NCBI GenBank assembly: GCA_009784665.1
Contig: WRBH01000001.1
Span: 7,267-71,266 of the forward strand
DNA length: 64,000 bases
Direction of reading: 5' to 3'
From: Bacillota bacterium
Lineage (GTDB): Bacteria; Bacillota; Clostridia; Christensenellales; UBA1242
The notes beneath the pieces are model-generated. The model had not been told where the DNA came from, ran no database searches, and saw only the letters and a list, made by a program, of their open reading frames with translations. Both the position numbers and the translations under genes were made by a program. This document shows positions 36,521 through 45,934 of the stretch, in pieces; positions within the stretch are counted from its first letter, which is position 1, and each line of letters starts with the position of its first letter.

Positions 36521-38206
36521 ATGAAAACCAAAACTCAAGCCAATAAAAAAAATCTCAAGAAACCCTTGGAAACCCTTGAAAACCCTCAAGAAACCCTCAC
36601 CCCCCCCCCTATTTCTGAAAAACCCTCAAGGAATGTATTAATCGGGCTATCCTGGCCGTATGCAAACGGCCGCCTGCATATTGGGCATGCCGCGTCCAGT
36701 TTGCCCGCCGATGCCCTTGCCCGATATCATCGAATGATTGGAAACGAAGTCGCATTTGTCAGTGGCAGTGATTGTTACGGAACACCAATTTTGGTCGCGG
36801 CAAAGTCCGAGGGTATAGCCCCTACTGAATTGTCCGACAAATACCATCAATACCATACTGACGATTTCAATTCTCTCAATTTCACATTCGATAATTATAC
36901 TAAAACAACAACCCCAACACATGGTGACTTTGTCCGCTGTTTCCACCGACAAATGTACGACGGAAAATATGTCTTTGAAAAGACCGAGCCACAACTATAT
37001 TGCGGCACTTGCGTTAAATATCTACCCGACAGATTCGTCGAGGGAACTTGCCCACATTGCAAGGCGGATGCAAAAGGAGATTCGTGTGATGGTTGTGGGA
37101 AAATTCTGGAGCCAGAAGATCTTGTTGACCCAAAATGCAAACTATGCTCAGGAAACCCAGTGGCACGCGACACAAAACAACTATATCTTGCCCTGTCGAA
37201 ACTGGAACCCGAAATCCGCAAGTTTTATGATTTACATAAAGACAGCTGGGCAAACAATGCCATTGGACTGACGGGGCGATACCTCAAGGAAGGTCTTCAC
37301 GATCGTGCAATCACCCGCAATATCGAATGGGGTGTGGGCCTCCCACCCGAAGCTAAATCGAAGTTCAACCTCAGCGACGAGGAGTTCGCCGAGAAGAAAA
37401 TCTACATCTGGGCAGAAAATGTCCTCGGCTACCTCAGTGCAGCAAAAGAGGTTTCAGCATCTTTCACTGAAACTCCCTCATCTCTTTTTTACTTTGTCCA
37501 TGCCAAGGATAATATTCCGTTTCACTCTATAATTCTTCCAGGGCTTTTAATCGCGGGGGGGAAAGAACTGCCCCAGTGGATAATGGTCAGCAGCGAGTAT
37601 GTCCGACTTGCCGACAATAAAATGAGCAAATCCACCGGGAACATGATAACAATCAAAGACTTGGTGTGCAAATACGACCCTGATATGATCCGCTTTTATT
37701 TTCTTCGAAATGTTAACGACCGCAAGGATGTAAACTTTACTGAGGAAGATTTCAAAGCGGTCATCAATTCGGAACTTATCAATGGATTCGGGAACCTAGT
37801 CAACCGCACTCTTTCCTTCATAAACTCAAAATTGGATGGGAAATTAGATATCAAGTCATCGGGTAATAAAGAAATCTTTAATGAAGTTGGTAAACTTATT
37901 CATGAAGGAAAAACAAACAAGGCTCTGGCAAAAATTTGGGAAGTGGTGACGGCAGGAAACAAACTCTTCGATGAATCTGCTCCATGGAAATCAATTAAAG
38001 AAGATGTGAAAAAATGTGAAAAGGACCTAGGCGAAGTCGTGACAATTATCGCAAATTTAGCACGGTTACTATACCCATTTATTCCAACAGCGTGCGAGAA
38101 GATTGCCAGATGGTTAGGAGTAGCACTTGACAAGTGGGAACCTGTCCAATTAAAGAAAACAATCTCGCTGGGCGAGATTGCAATCTTGTGGACTCGGTTG
38201 ACTTAA
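36521..38206 (+). CDS. metG: methionine--tRNA ligase with a low-complexity N-terminal extension
   Basis: PYANGRLHIGHA and KMSKS motifs, and CxxC zinc knuckles (CGTC...CPHC, CDGC...CKLC). GGAGG SD. About 35 extra N-terminal residues. Confidence 0.95.
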   Translation: MKTKTQANKKNLKKPLETLENPQETLTPPPISEKPSRNVLIGLSWPYANGRLHIGHAASSLPADALARYHRMIGNEVAFVSGSDCYGTPILVAAKSEGIAPTELSDKYHQYHTDDFNSLNFTFDNYTKTTTPTHGDFVRCFHRQMYDGKYVFEKTEPQLYCGTCVKYLPDRFVEGTCPHCKADAKGDSCDGCGKILEPEDLVDPKCKLCSGNPVARDTKQLYLALSKLEPEIRKFYDLHKDSWANNAIGLTGRYLKEGLHDRAITRNIEWGVGLPPEAKSKFNLSDEEFAEKKIYIWAENVLGYLSAAKEVSASFTETPSSLFYFVHAKDNIPFHSIILPGLLIAGGKELPQWIMVSSEYVRLADNKMSKSTGNMITIKDLVCKYDPDMIRFYFLRNVNDRKDVNFTEEDFKAVINSELINGFGNLVNRTLSFINSKLDGKLDIKSSGNKEIFNEVGKLIHEGKTNKALAKIWEVVTAGNKLFDESAPWKSIKEDVKKCEKDLGEVVTIIANLARLLYPFIPTACEKIARWLGVALDKWEPVQLKKTISLGEIAILWTRLT

Positions 38207-38637
38207 GCGATTTCTGTTTCACCTTCGGTGCGAACCCATGGCGGTGTCCAAAGCGGTGGACGCGCCCCCTCATCCCTTCCGACGCGCACACGGAAACGGA
38301 TCTCGTGCTCACTGTGAGCTCGTATAATTGGGAAGCGGAAGCGAACTTCTCCCTGGTGAATGTGAGCCAATGCCGGACGACCGTTGACACGGAAGCTGAG
38401 TGGCACATAGCGGAAGTCATCACCCAGAGGGTCGCGGAAATCTACACCGCGGAAATCTAACTCGCTGTTGTTCTTCAACCTGATTCTGAACTCGACTACT
38501 TCCCCCATGAATACATGGTCACAGTCAGGACCGAACTTCTCAAACTCTAGGTCAACTTTTTTCAGTTCAACAGTGTTAGTTTCCAGAGTCCGTGGACGAC
38601 CACACAACTCAACGCTTAAAAAAGCTTTATTTTCCAT
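38203..38637 (-). CDS. DUF11-like (conserved repeat / beta-sandwich) domain protein
   Basis: GEVVEFRIRLKNNSELDFRGVDFRDPLGDDFRYVPLSFRVNG follows the DUF11 pattern. AAGGAGGA SD. No signal peptide seen. Confidence 0.55.
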   Translation of the reverse strand: MENKAFLSVELCGRPRTLETNTVELKKVDLEFEKFGPDCDHVFMGEVVEFRIRLKNNSELDFRGVDFRDPLGDDFRYVPLSFRVNGRPALAHIHQGEVRFRFPIIRAHSEHEIRFRVRVGRDEGARPPLWTPPWVRTEGETEIA

Positions 38638-38700
38638 TTATTTTCCTCCTTGCATATCACCCTTAATGGTTGATATGCAGGTTGGGCACTTTAGCTCAGT

Positions 38701-39282
38701 CTATGCAAGCTCCTTGATTCTTTGTGACATGATGTTTTTTTGTGGACCTTTCATTTTCAAAGCATATTCAAGAAGCAACATGGTCTGCTTGCGATTCAAT
38801 GATGGAACAGTAGTTCCAGATTTTTTACATCCGGCGACAAACACATCATCCACGATTGCCTGCATGCGTGTGTTGTAATCAGGTGTTTTGTTAAGAGATA
38901 TCAATTTCAGTATCTCGCCTGCTGCGTCAATCTTACCTCCCATGACAAGATGTGTAATATAGGCAAGGTTACCAGCAGTCGCGGCGGTTACGGATGAATA
39001 TATAAGCTTTAACAGTTGTGGATTATTTCCAAGATTTGTCTTCAGTCGGGCATCAGACACGCTCGAGAAAACTTCCCAAACACGGGTTTCCAGCAGTTGC
39101 GAAACCTCCAGCTTAGACAATTGCGGTGCATAGGTGGTCATAGTAAACTCCCACATATCTATTGCTGTTTGAAAGTCGTTTCGTGCCAACTCATCAAATA
39201 ATTTGATAATCCCTTCGTATGTTGGGGCACAATTGCCGATTTCAACGATAAGTGTGTACTTCCTTAATTCCTTTGAATTCAT
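38701..39282 (-). CDS. hypothetical protein (193 aa)
   Basis: TATAAT (39294-39289), 6 nt, ATG 39282. The track start at 39288 is a TTG inside that spacer. Confidence 0.55.
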   Translation of the reverse strand: MNSKELRKYTLIVEIGNCAPTYEGIIKLFDELARNDFQTAIDMWEFTMTTYAPQLSKLEVSQLLETRVWEVFSSVSDARLKTNLGNNPQLLKLIYSSVTAATAGNLAYITHLVMGGKIDAAGEILKLISLNKTPDYNTRMQAIVDDVFVAGCKKSGTTVPSLNRKQTMLLLEYALKMKGPQKNIMSQRIKELA

Positions 39283-39296
39283 ACCCAAATTATACC

Positions 39297-39794
39297 CTAA
39301 AGCTCCAAATTTTGCAAGTATGAAATTATCTCAGGCAGTATCAATTGCTCGTTATGAAACTCCATTTTCTTCATTTCTTCAAGGGTTACCAGCTGAGCTT
39401 CACGAGCATATGACAACTCGTGCGTATCAAAACCACTGGTTGATATTTCTCCGCCGATGATTTCCCCCGCATAATATAACAATGTATAATGTGCAGGCCC
39501 TTTCTTTGGGTGAACAAAAAAGTTCGTTGCGGCGGTGATAATGTTACCTGGCTTGATCGTAAAACCTGTTTCTTCACGAACTTCGCGTACAAGTGCGTCG
39601 CGATGATCCTCACCTAGGTCAATGTGCCCACCGGGGAAGTCATAGCCGTTCTCCGTCCATTGCGGACTAATTAAAATTTTACCGTCACTAACTACAACGC
39701 CATATATACAAACGCGGTGTGTCAAGTCGGCGGGATTCACCTGTATCACTGTTCCATCAATTTTTCTTGCGATTATCATGCTTTTATCATACAC
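39297..39794 (-). CDS. NUDIX hydrolase
   Basis: Nudix box GGHIDLGEDHRDALVREVREETGF. Confidence 0.88.
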   Translation of the reverse strand: MYDKSMIIARKIDGTVIQVNPADLTHRVCIYGVVVSDGKILISPQWTENGYDFPGGHIDLGEDHRDALVREVREETGFTIKPGNIITAATNFFVHPKKGPAHYTLLYYAGEIIGGEISTSGFDTHELSYAREAQLVTLEEMKKMEFHNEQLILPEIISYLQNLEL

Positions 39795-39800
39795 TTAAGT

Positions 39801-40389
39801 ATGGCAAGCTTGCAAGTCCATTTGGCGATCGCGAAACTATTTGTGGAAAAGAATCCAGGACTTATCAAAGATAAGCAAGCATTTTACAATGGAAATGTAC
39901 TGCCTGACCTTGATCCTGACAAAGGTATCGCACTTCGGAATCAGGGGCGAGCGAATTGATTTAATCAAACGCCATAAAGAGAAAGTAGGTATAAAGAAAT
40001 TCTTGGAATTGAACAAATTGGACGATGACCTTAACTTGGGACGATTCCTGCATTTATATACCGACTGGGCTTATTATAATAAAATGTTTGATGATGATTA
40101 TTTGCGTAAGACGACTCTGGCAAATTTTGACACCAATCACCTATATACCATTGTTGAATTAGATAAAGGCATCAAGAATAAATACGGCATCTTGTATGGG
40201 ATTACATCTATGGAGAAACAACTGCTTACCGTAATCGACGAGTGGAATAAAAAGCAAGGCTCGCCAAAAGGAAAACTCCTCTTTTCACAAGAGGAGTTGC
40301 TGGCATTCATCGAGATGATATCGAATATTGACTTACTCTGCCCCGTCTTCCTCGCTGGCCTGAGCGATTGCGACACCCACGACTTTTGA
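39801..40389 (+). pseudogene. zinc-dependent phospholipase C-like / metal hydrolase-like gene split by a +1 frameshift near 39921-39926
   Basis: Frame A (39801-39956) gives MASLQVHLAIAKLF...YNGNVLPDLDPDK and then a stop. Frame B continues ...KVSHFGIRGERIDL...LHLYTDWAYYNKMF to 40389. A one-base shift joins the two frames. Confidence 0.5.
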
Positions 40390-42813
40390 ACCGCTGTCTT
40401 TCAGTTTCATAATTCGGACACCTTGTGTGTCACGGCCGATTTTACTGATGTCCCTTGCACGCGTACGGATAATTTGTCCGTTATCAGAAATCAACATGAC
40501 ATCTTGGTCGGGACGAACTTGCTTAAGGTTTACCAGAAGTCCTGTCTTTTCATTAAATGTTCCGGCCTTGATTCCCTTGCCCGCACGGGATTGTAGACGA
40601 TAGTCCTCGACATCAGATCGCTTTCCATATCCATTTGCGGAAACGGTCAAAATTTCGTGCCCTGGCAAGATTACTGTCATATCAACCACTCGGTCGTTTT
40701 TGTCTATGTTCATAGACTTGACACCCGCGGCTGTTCTGCCCATTGTTCGAACATCTTCTTCACTGAAACGAATACATTTACCACTGGATGCCGCCATCAA
40801 GATTTCATCACGACCAGATGTGAATTGAACGCTGATCAGTTCGTCTCCATCTTCCTTAAAGCTGATAGCTATTTTTCCAACGCGCATGATTTTTTTGAAT
40901 TCTTTGATAGATGTTTTCTTGATGATACCATTTTTTGTTGCCATCATCAGATGGCCTCTTTGATAATCCTCGATTGGAATACAGGATGTTATCCTTTCAC
41001 CCTCGGACAGTTGCAGCAAGTTAACAACCGCCCTACCCTTGGTGTTCTTGGCGGCTTCTGGGATTTCGTAGGTTTTGATACAGTATACCTTGCCCTTACT
41101 TGTAAAGAACAGTAGGTCATGATGGGTATTTGTTACGAATAATCTTTCGACAAAGTCCTCCTCACGAGTAGATTGGGTCTTGACACCTTTTCCACCACGG
41201 TTCTGTGCACGATATTCGGACAGAGGCAATCGCTTGACATAGCCAAGGTGGGACATCGAAACAACAACATCTTCCTTGTCAATCAGGTCACCGATTTCAA
41301 TTTCGCCAAAGTCATGGCTGACCTCGGTTCGCCTGTCTTCGCCGTACTTTTCTTTGACCTCCATCAATTCTGCCTTGATGATGTCCAGAACCTTTTGCTT
41401 GGACGCCAAGATGGATTTTAACTCGGCAATCAGAGCCTGCAACTCTTTCAGTTCTGCTTTTAACTTTTCAACCTCCAATTTTGCCAGTCGAGCAAGTCGC
41501 ATATCAAGAATTGCGTTTGCTTGTTTCTCACTAAGCAAGAATGCTTTGCAAAGTTGATCGCGGGCATCATCCCTATCCTCAGCCGAACGAATGATCCGAA
41601 TAACTTCGTTGATTTTGGCAAGAGCAATTACCAACCCTTCAACAATATGAGCTCTCTCTTCGGCTTTCTCTAGGTCAAACTTTGTCCTTCGTATAATAAC
41701 TTCCTTTTGGTGTTCAAGATAATGATATAGCATCTCTTTTAAATTCAGGAACTTTGGCTCGTTATTCACAAGGGCAAGGAATATAATTCCAGAGCTGGTC
41801 TGCATTTGCGTGTGCTTGTATAACAAATTCAGAACAACATTTGGTTGAGCATCTTTTTTCAAATCAATAACGATTCGGTTTCCCGTACGGTCGGAAAAGT
41901 CGTTAACCTTGGAAATCCCTTCGATTTTTTTTGCCTCGACAAGTTCGGATATTTGTGCGACTAATCTACTTTTGTTAACTTGGAAAGGAATTTCAGTGAC
42001 GATGATTTGTTTGCGGCCGTTTTTGCCTTCCTCGAAATCGGCTCGGGCCCGCAAGACCACTCCACCACGACCTGTCTTGTATGCATGACGCAATGCGGCA
42101 CGACCCATAACCGTTCCGCCTGTTGGATAATCAGGAGCAGGGATAATTTTGATTAATTGTTCAATTGTGACCTCTGGATCGTCTATCAAGGCTACGACGC
42201 CGTCAATAACTTCATTTAAGTTGTGAGGCGGGATGTTTGTCGCCATACCAACTGCAATACCATCCGAACCGTTGACAAGCAAGTTTGGGAATCGTGCAGG
42301 CAAAACAACTGGTTGCTCTTCCTGTTCATCATAGTTCGGGACAAAGTCAACGGTGTTCTTGTCAATTTCGCGAAGTAACTCGCCCGAGATCGCGGCTAAT
42401 CTTGCCTCGGTATAACGCATAGCAGCGGGCTTGTCATCGTCCATAGAACCAAAGTTTCCTTGCCCATCAATTAGGGGGTGCCGCATAGACCATGGTTGGG
42501 CCATACGAACCAACGCATCGTAAATGGAACTGTCACCGTGCGGGTGGTATTTACCCATACAATCACCAACAATACGCGCCGATTTTTTGTGCGGGCGGTT
42601 GTTGCTTAGGCCCAACTCGTGTGCCGTGAATAAAATTCGCCTGTGAACGGGCTTTAACCCATCCCGAACATCGGGAATCGCACGCGACATGTTTACCATC
42701 ATGGCATAACTCATGAACGAATTCTTTAACTCGTTCTCTATCCGTACTTTTAGAATCTTCGTCTTATCAACGATTTCCTCCTCACCCGGCTTGACCTCTT
42801 TAATTTCGTCCAT
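40333..42813 (-). CDS. gyrA: DNA gyrase subunit A
   Basis: 826 aa. [25 protein letters not shown] and [10 protein letters not shown] (active-site Tyr), plus C-terminal beta-pinwheel repeats. AAAGGAGGG SD. Confidence 0.97.
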   Translation of the reverse strand: MDEIKEVKPGEEEIVDKTKILKVRIENELKNSFMSYAMMVNMSRAIPDVRDGLKPVHRRILFTAHELGLSNNRPHKKSARIVGDCMGKYHPHGDSSIYDALVRMAQPWSMRHPLIDGQGNFGSMDDDKPAAMRYTEARLAAISGELLREIDKNTVDFVPNYDEQEEQPVVLPARFPNLLVNGSDGIAVGMATNIPPHNLNEVIDGVVALIDDPEVTIEQLIKIIPAPDYPTGGTVMGRAALRHAYKTGRGGVVLRARADFEEGKNGRKQIIVTEIPFQVNKSRLVAQISELVEAKKIEGISKVNDFSDRTGNRIVIDLKKDAQPNVVLNLLYKHTQMQTSSGIIFLALVNNEPKFLNLKEMLYHYLEHQKEVIIRRTKFDLEKAEERAHIVEGLVIALAKINEVIRIIRSAEDRDDARDQLCKAFLLSEKQANAILDMRLARLAKLEVEKLKAELKELQALIAELKSILASKQKVLDIIKAELMEVKEKYGEDRRTEVSHDFGEIEIGDLIDKEDVVVSMSHLGYVKRLPLSEYRAQNRGGKGVKTQSTREEDFVERLFVTNTHHDLLFFTSKGKVYCIKTYEIPEAAKNTKGRAVVNLLQLSEGERITSCIPIEDYQRGHLMMATKNGIIKKTSIKEFKKIMRVGKIAISFKEDGDELISVQFTSGRDEILMAASSGKCIRFSEEDVRTMGRTAAGVKSMNIDKNDRVVDMTVILPGHEILTVSANGYGKRSDVEDYRLQSRAGKGIKAGTFNEKTGLLVNLKQVRPDQDVMLISDNGQIIRTRARDISKIGRDTQGVRIMKLKDSGSKVVGVAIAQASEEDGAE

Positions 42814-42825
42814 TTATACCCTCCT

Positions 42826-43224
42826 TTACCCTGCCAACTTCTCTTCTATTTTCCCTACCATTCTTTCGAAATCATTCTCTATGTTCTTATCCGTGTAACC
42901 AAACCATTCTTTAACTGAACCCACAGGATTTTGTGCAGAGGTTATTTCAATTTCTACCCCCGAAGTACACATAAACCCCAGTATCCCTCTTCCATGATTC
43001 ATGGAAAGCACATATTTTTTCCCTTCCTCCTCCGAGTCCAAAATGTAGCCTGTATCTTTTTTTGATACCCTTGTCTTTTTATCCAGGAATTTCGCTATAT
43101 CTTTACATTCATTCGCAAGCCTGCTGATCTGTCGCTGGGTTTCGTTAAAGTTCTCGTGGGTCTCTTCATTTTTCAGATCAATATATCGCAGCATTCCTGG
43201 GCTTAACTTGTCTCTTTTTTTCAT
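42826..43224 (-). CDS. hypothetical protein (132 aa) inside the gyrB-gyrA operon
   Basis: GAAGGAGGTG SD 5 nt upstream of the ATG. Its stop lies 12 nt before the gyrA ATG. I recognise no family. Confidence 0.65.
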   Translation of the reverse strand: MKKRDKLSPGMLRYIDLKNEETHENFNETQRQISRLANECKDIAKFLDKKTRVSKKDTGYILDSEEEGKKYVLSMNHGRGILGFMCTSGVEIEITSAQNPVGSVKEWFGYTDKNIENDFERMVGKIEEKLAG

Positions 43225-43256
43225 ATTACACCTCCTTCAAGTCCCATTTCCTTACT

Positions 43257-43556
43257 TTACCCAAATATGTCCGCTATCCTATCTCGAGTATTTGTACCGC
43301 CTTCCTTTTCTTTTCGCTTGCTTTGCTCGCTGATAATTACTGCTTGGGCTTCTTTCACCTGAGCCTTAAAATCTGCAAGATGCTCGTCCGACATTTCTGG
43401 CACATGAGATATTTGATGTCCTAAAACTTTCGACATGATACCAGAGTTCTTCAAATTTTCTAACTCCTTGCCCTTATCACGCTGGGTGACTTGTTCCCCA
43501 AGAATTTGCAAGTCGCTTTTTTCCATCCCAGCTCTTTTCATGCTGCTTAAATCCAT
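43257..43556 (-). CDS. hypothetical protein (99 aa) inside the gyrB-gyrA operon
   Basis: The ATG lies 2 nt after the gyrB TAA, and the GGAGGTG SD is formed by the last gyrB codons. Helical and Lys/Glu-rich. Confidence 0.6.
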   Translation of the reverse strand: MDLSSMKRAGMEKSDLQILGEQVTQRDKGKELENLKNSGIMSKVLGHQISHVPEMSDEHLADFKAQVKEAQAVIISEQSKRKEKEGGTNTRDRIADIFG

Positions 43557-43558
43557 GG

Positions 43559-45472
43559 TTACACCTCCACATTGCCGAATTGCGCGGCGTGTTCTTCGAT
43601 GAATGCACGACGCAGCTCTGGCTTGTCCCCCATCAGGGTGCTGAATATCTCGTCCGCCATGAACGCATCTTCCATAGATACCTGTCCCAGCGTTCTGTGT
43701 TCGGGGTTCAGGGTTGTCTCCCACAACTGTTCTGCGTTCATTTCACCCAGACCCTTGAAGCGCTTGATTTCCGCCCCTGTACGGTTCATCTTTGAAAGTT
43801 CTTTCTCGTCATAAACATAGGTGGATGATTTTCCTCGCTTGACCTCGTACAATGGCGGCTGGGCTATATAAACATGACCATTTTCAATCAGCGGTCGCAT
43901 AAACCGGTAAAAGAATGTCAGCAACAAAATTCGAATGTGCGAACCGTCCACATCCGCGTCAGTCATAATTATGATCTTGCCATAACGCAGTTTTTCCAAT
44001 TTAAAGTCATCCTGAATTCCACAACCAAACGCTGTTATCATGTTTTTAATTTCGCTGTTTTCCAGAACTTTACTCAAGCGTGCCTTTTCCACATTAAGAA
44101 TCTTACCCTTAAGCGGCAGGATTGCCTGGAATCGCTTGTCACGCCCTGATTTGGCTGTTCCGCCCGCACTGTCACCCTCGACGACATAAATCTCTGTGTG
44201 TGGCCCTTCCTCGGAACAGTCTGACAATTTTCCTGGGAGAGTACTGTTTGATAGCTTCCCTTTTGACCTAGATAAATCACGGGCGTTACGGGCAGCCTCA
44301 CGGGCGTTACGGGCAGTTACGCATTTAAGGATAAGTTCTTTTGCCTCTTTGGGATGTTCTTCCATAAAGTTTGTGAACCCATCGGTTACCGCCTTTTCGA
44401 CCTCGCCACGCATAAAGGAATTTCCCAACTTGGTCTTGGTTTGCCCCTCGAATTGAGGATCCATCAATTTTACGGAAATAATCGCAACAATTCCCTCAAG
44501 CGTATCATCAATTGTCAGTTTGTCATTTTCGTTTTTTAATTGATTGGTCTTTAATCCATATTGATTAATTACTTTGTTCAGGGCGTTACGGAATCCGGTC
44601 AAGTGCACCCCGCCCTCTTCGGTGTTAATGTTGTTCGCGTAGCTATGAACATTGTCGCTGTACCCATCGTTATATGCAAATGCAACCTCGACCTCGGATT
44701 GCTTGCCAACTTTGTGGATATAGATTGTTTGCGGGATGACAAGAGTTTTGTTTTTGTTCAGGTGGTCGACGAACTCGACAATACCGCCTTTGTAGTAGAA
44801 CTTGTCTTCACGCTTGCGTCCCGCGCGTTCATCTTTGGCAATGATGGTCAGGCCTTTGTTCAAGAATGCCACCTCTCGCAACCTTGCACGCATAGTGTCA
44901 TAGTTAAAGTCAACCGTCTCAAAAATATCACGGTCAGGCATAAATGTCACCCGTGTTCCGCGTTTCTTTGTTGGGCCGACGACCGCTAAGGCTCTTTGAG
45001 GGATTCCGCGGTTGTATGTTTGCTTGTGCTCTTTTCCATCTTGCCAGACAATAACATCCAGCCATTCACTTAACGCGTTAACAACGGAAATACCAACACC
45101 ATGCAGACCACCCGAGACCTTGTAACCACCGTCACCAAATTTTCCACCAGCGTGCAACTTGGTAAATACAACCTCGACCGCAGACTTTTTCTCGGTCTTG
45201 TGAATACCTGTTGGAATACCACGGCCGTTATCGGTTACGGACACAGAACCGTCCTTGTGTATAACAACCTCTATTTGGTCACAATGCCCTGCAAGGGCCT
45301 CGTCAACAGAGTTATCGACGATTTCAACAATCAAGTGGTGCAAGCCACGACTGTCTGTCGACCCGATATACATGCCGGGACGCTTTCTGACCGGGTCCAA
45401 ACCTTCCAAGACCTGGATCTGGTCTTCGCCGTATTTAGTTGTAATTTTTGCAATATTTTCTTTCTTTGCCAT
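43559..45472 (-). CDS. gyrB: DNA gyrase subunit B
   Basis: GHKL ATPase motifs (LEGLDPVRKRPGMYIG, GGLHGVG), the Toprim EIYVVEGDSAGG, and a PLKGKILNVEKA-type motif. The start is moved to MAKKENI at 45472. Confidence 0.97.
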   Translation of the reverse strand: MAKKENIAKITTKYGEDQIQVLEGLDPVRKRPGMYIGSTDSRGLHHLIVEIVDNSVDEALAGHCDQIEVVIHKDGSVSVTDNGRGIPTGIHKTEKKSAVEVVFTKLHAGGKFGDGGYKVSGGLHGVGISVVNALSEWLDVIVWQDGKEHKQTYNRGIPQRALAVVGPTKKRGTRVTFMPDRDIFETVDFNYDTMRARLREVAFLNKGLTIIAKDERAGRKREDKFYYKGGIVEFVDHLNKNKTLVIPQTIYIHKVGKQSEVEVAFAYNDGYSDNVHSYANNINTEEGGVHLTGFRNALNKVINQYGLKTNQLKNENDKLTIDDTLEGIVAIISVKLMDPQFEGQTKTKLGNSFMRGEVEKAVTDGFTNFMEEHPKEAKELILKCVTARNAREAARNARDLSRSKGKLSNSTLPGKLSDCSEEGPHTEIYVVEGDSAGGTAKSGRDKRFQAILPLKGKILNVEKARLSKVLENSEIKNMITAFGCGIQDDFKLEKLRYGKIIIMTDADVDGSHIRILLLTFFYRFMRPLIENGHVYIAQPPLYEVKRGKSSTYVYDEKELSKMNRTGAEIKRFKGLGEMNAEQLWETTLNPEHRTLGQVSMEDAFMADEIFSTLMGDKPELRRAFIEEHAAQFGNVEV

Positions 45473-45480
45473 ATCTGACA

Positions 45481-45510
45481 AGTATACCATATATAGGTAG
45501 GAACTGGCAA
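45481..45510 (-). promoter_or_regulatory. leaderless promoter of gyrB
   Basis: TTGCCA (45510-45505), 18 nt, TATACT (45486-45481), 8 nt, ATG 45472. Confidence 0.6.
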
Positions 45511-45533
45511 GAGTTTAGGCGAAAATTTATACG

Positions 45534-45554
45534 AAAAAGCCCCATAATCGGGGC
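45534..45554 (-). terminator. intrinsic terminator after orf89
   Basis: On the minus strand: GCCCC GATTAT GGGGC followed by TTTTT. Confidence 0.7.
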
Positions 45555-45576
45555 GAATTTTGCAATATTTTAAGTA

Positions 45577-45846
45577 TTATTGGTCTTTTTCCCATTCGTA
45601 TTTGCATTTTCCTGCTTGGTATACTGGGCAGATTGCACTTTGGTCACAAACACCAGAATAATGCTCGTCATGGAACAAACCGATCACTTTACCACTAAGT
45701 CCTGTATCATTTGGTTGGAATTGAACCTCCCAATCCGCAAATCTCATAAAACCGTTCGGGTGTATCTTTCCAGGGATTCTTTTCAGTCTGGCATCAGAAA
45801 TCTTAAATTTGTCACCTTCATTTAACTCGCATAAAGTGTTTTCCAT
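45577..45846 (-). CDS. hypothetical protein (89 aa)
   Basis: The start is moved to MENTLCELNEG, behind AGAGGAGGTAG. Confidence 0.55.
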   Translation of the reverse strand: MENTLCELNEGDKFKISDARLKRIPGKIHPNGFMRFADWEVQFQPNDTGLSGKVIGLFHDEHYSGVCDQSAICPVYQAGKCKYEWEKDQ

Positions 45847-45934
45847 ACGACTACCTCCTCTAGCCCCCAACTAGCATAAGTATAGCCCCTCCCAGGAGTT
45901 TGTCAATACCCACGGTGATGTGATATTATCGACT

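Noticed and set aside
36600-36609. The C10 tract in metG acting as a phase-variation switch
   Set aside because: The gene is essential and single-copy in this window, and no alternative downstream start exists. Phase-variable ON/OFF switching is therefore implausible. It is reported only as a curiosity or possible error hotspot.
44278-44316. 18-nt direct repeat with 21-nt period (CACGGGCGTTACGGGCAG x2) inside gyrB
   Set aside because: It is in-frame and encodes ARNAREA/ARNARDL in the naturally Ala/Arg-rich linker of GyrB. It is most simply a small in-frame duplication with no regulatory signature.
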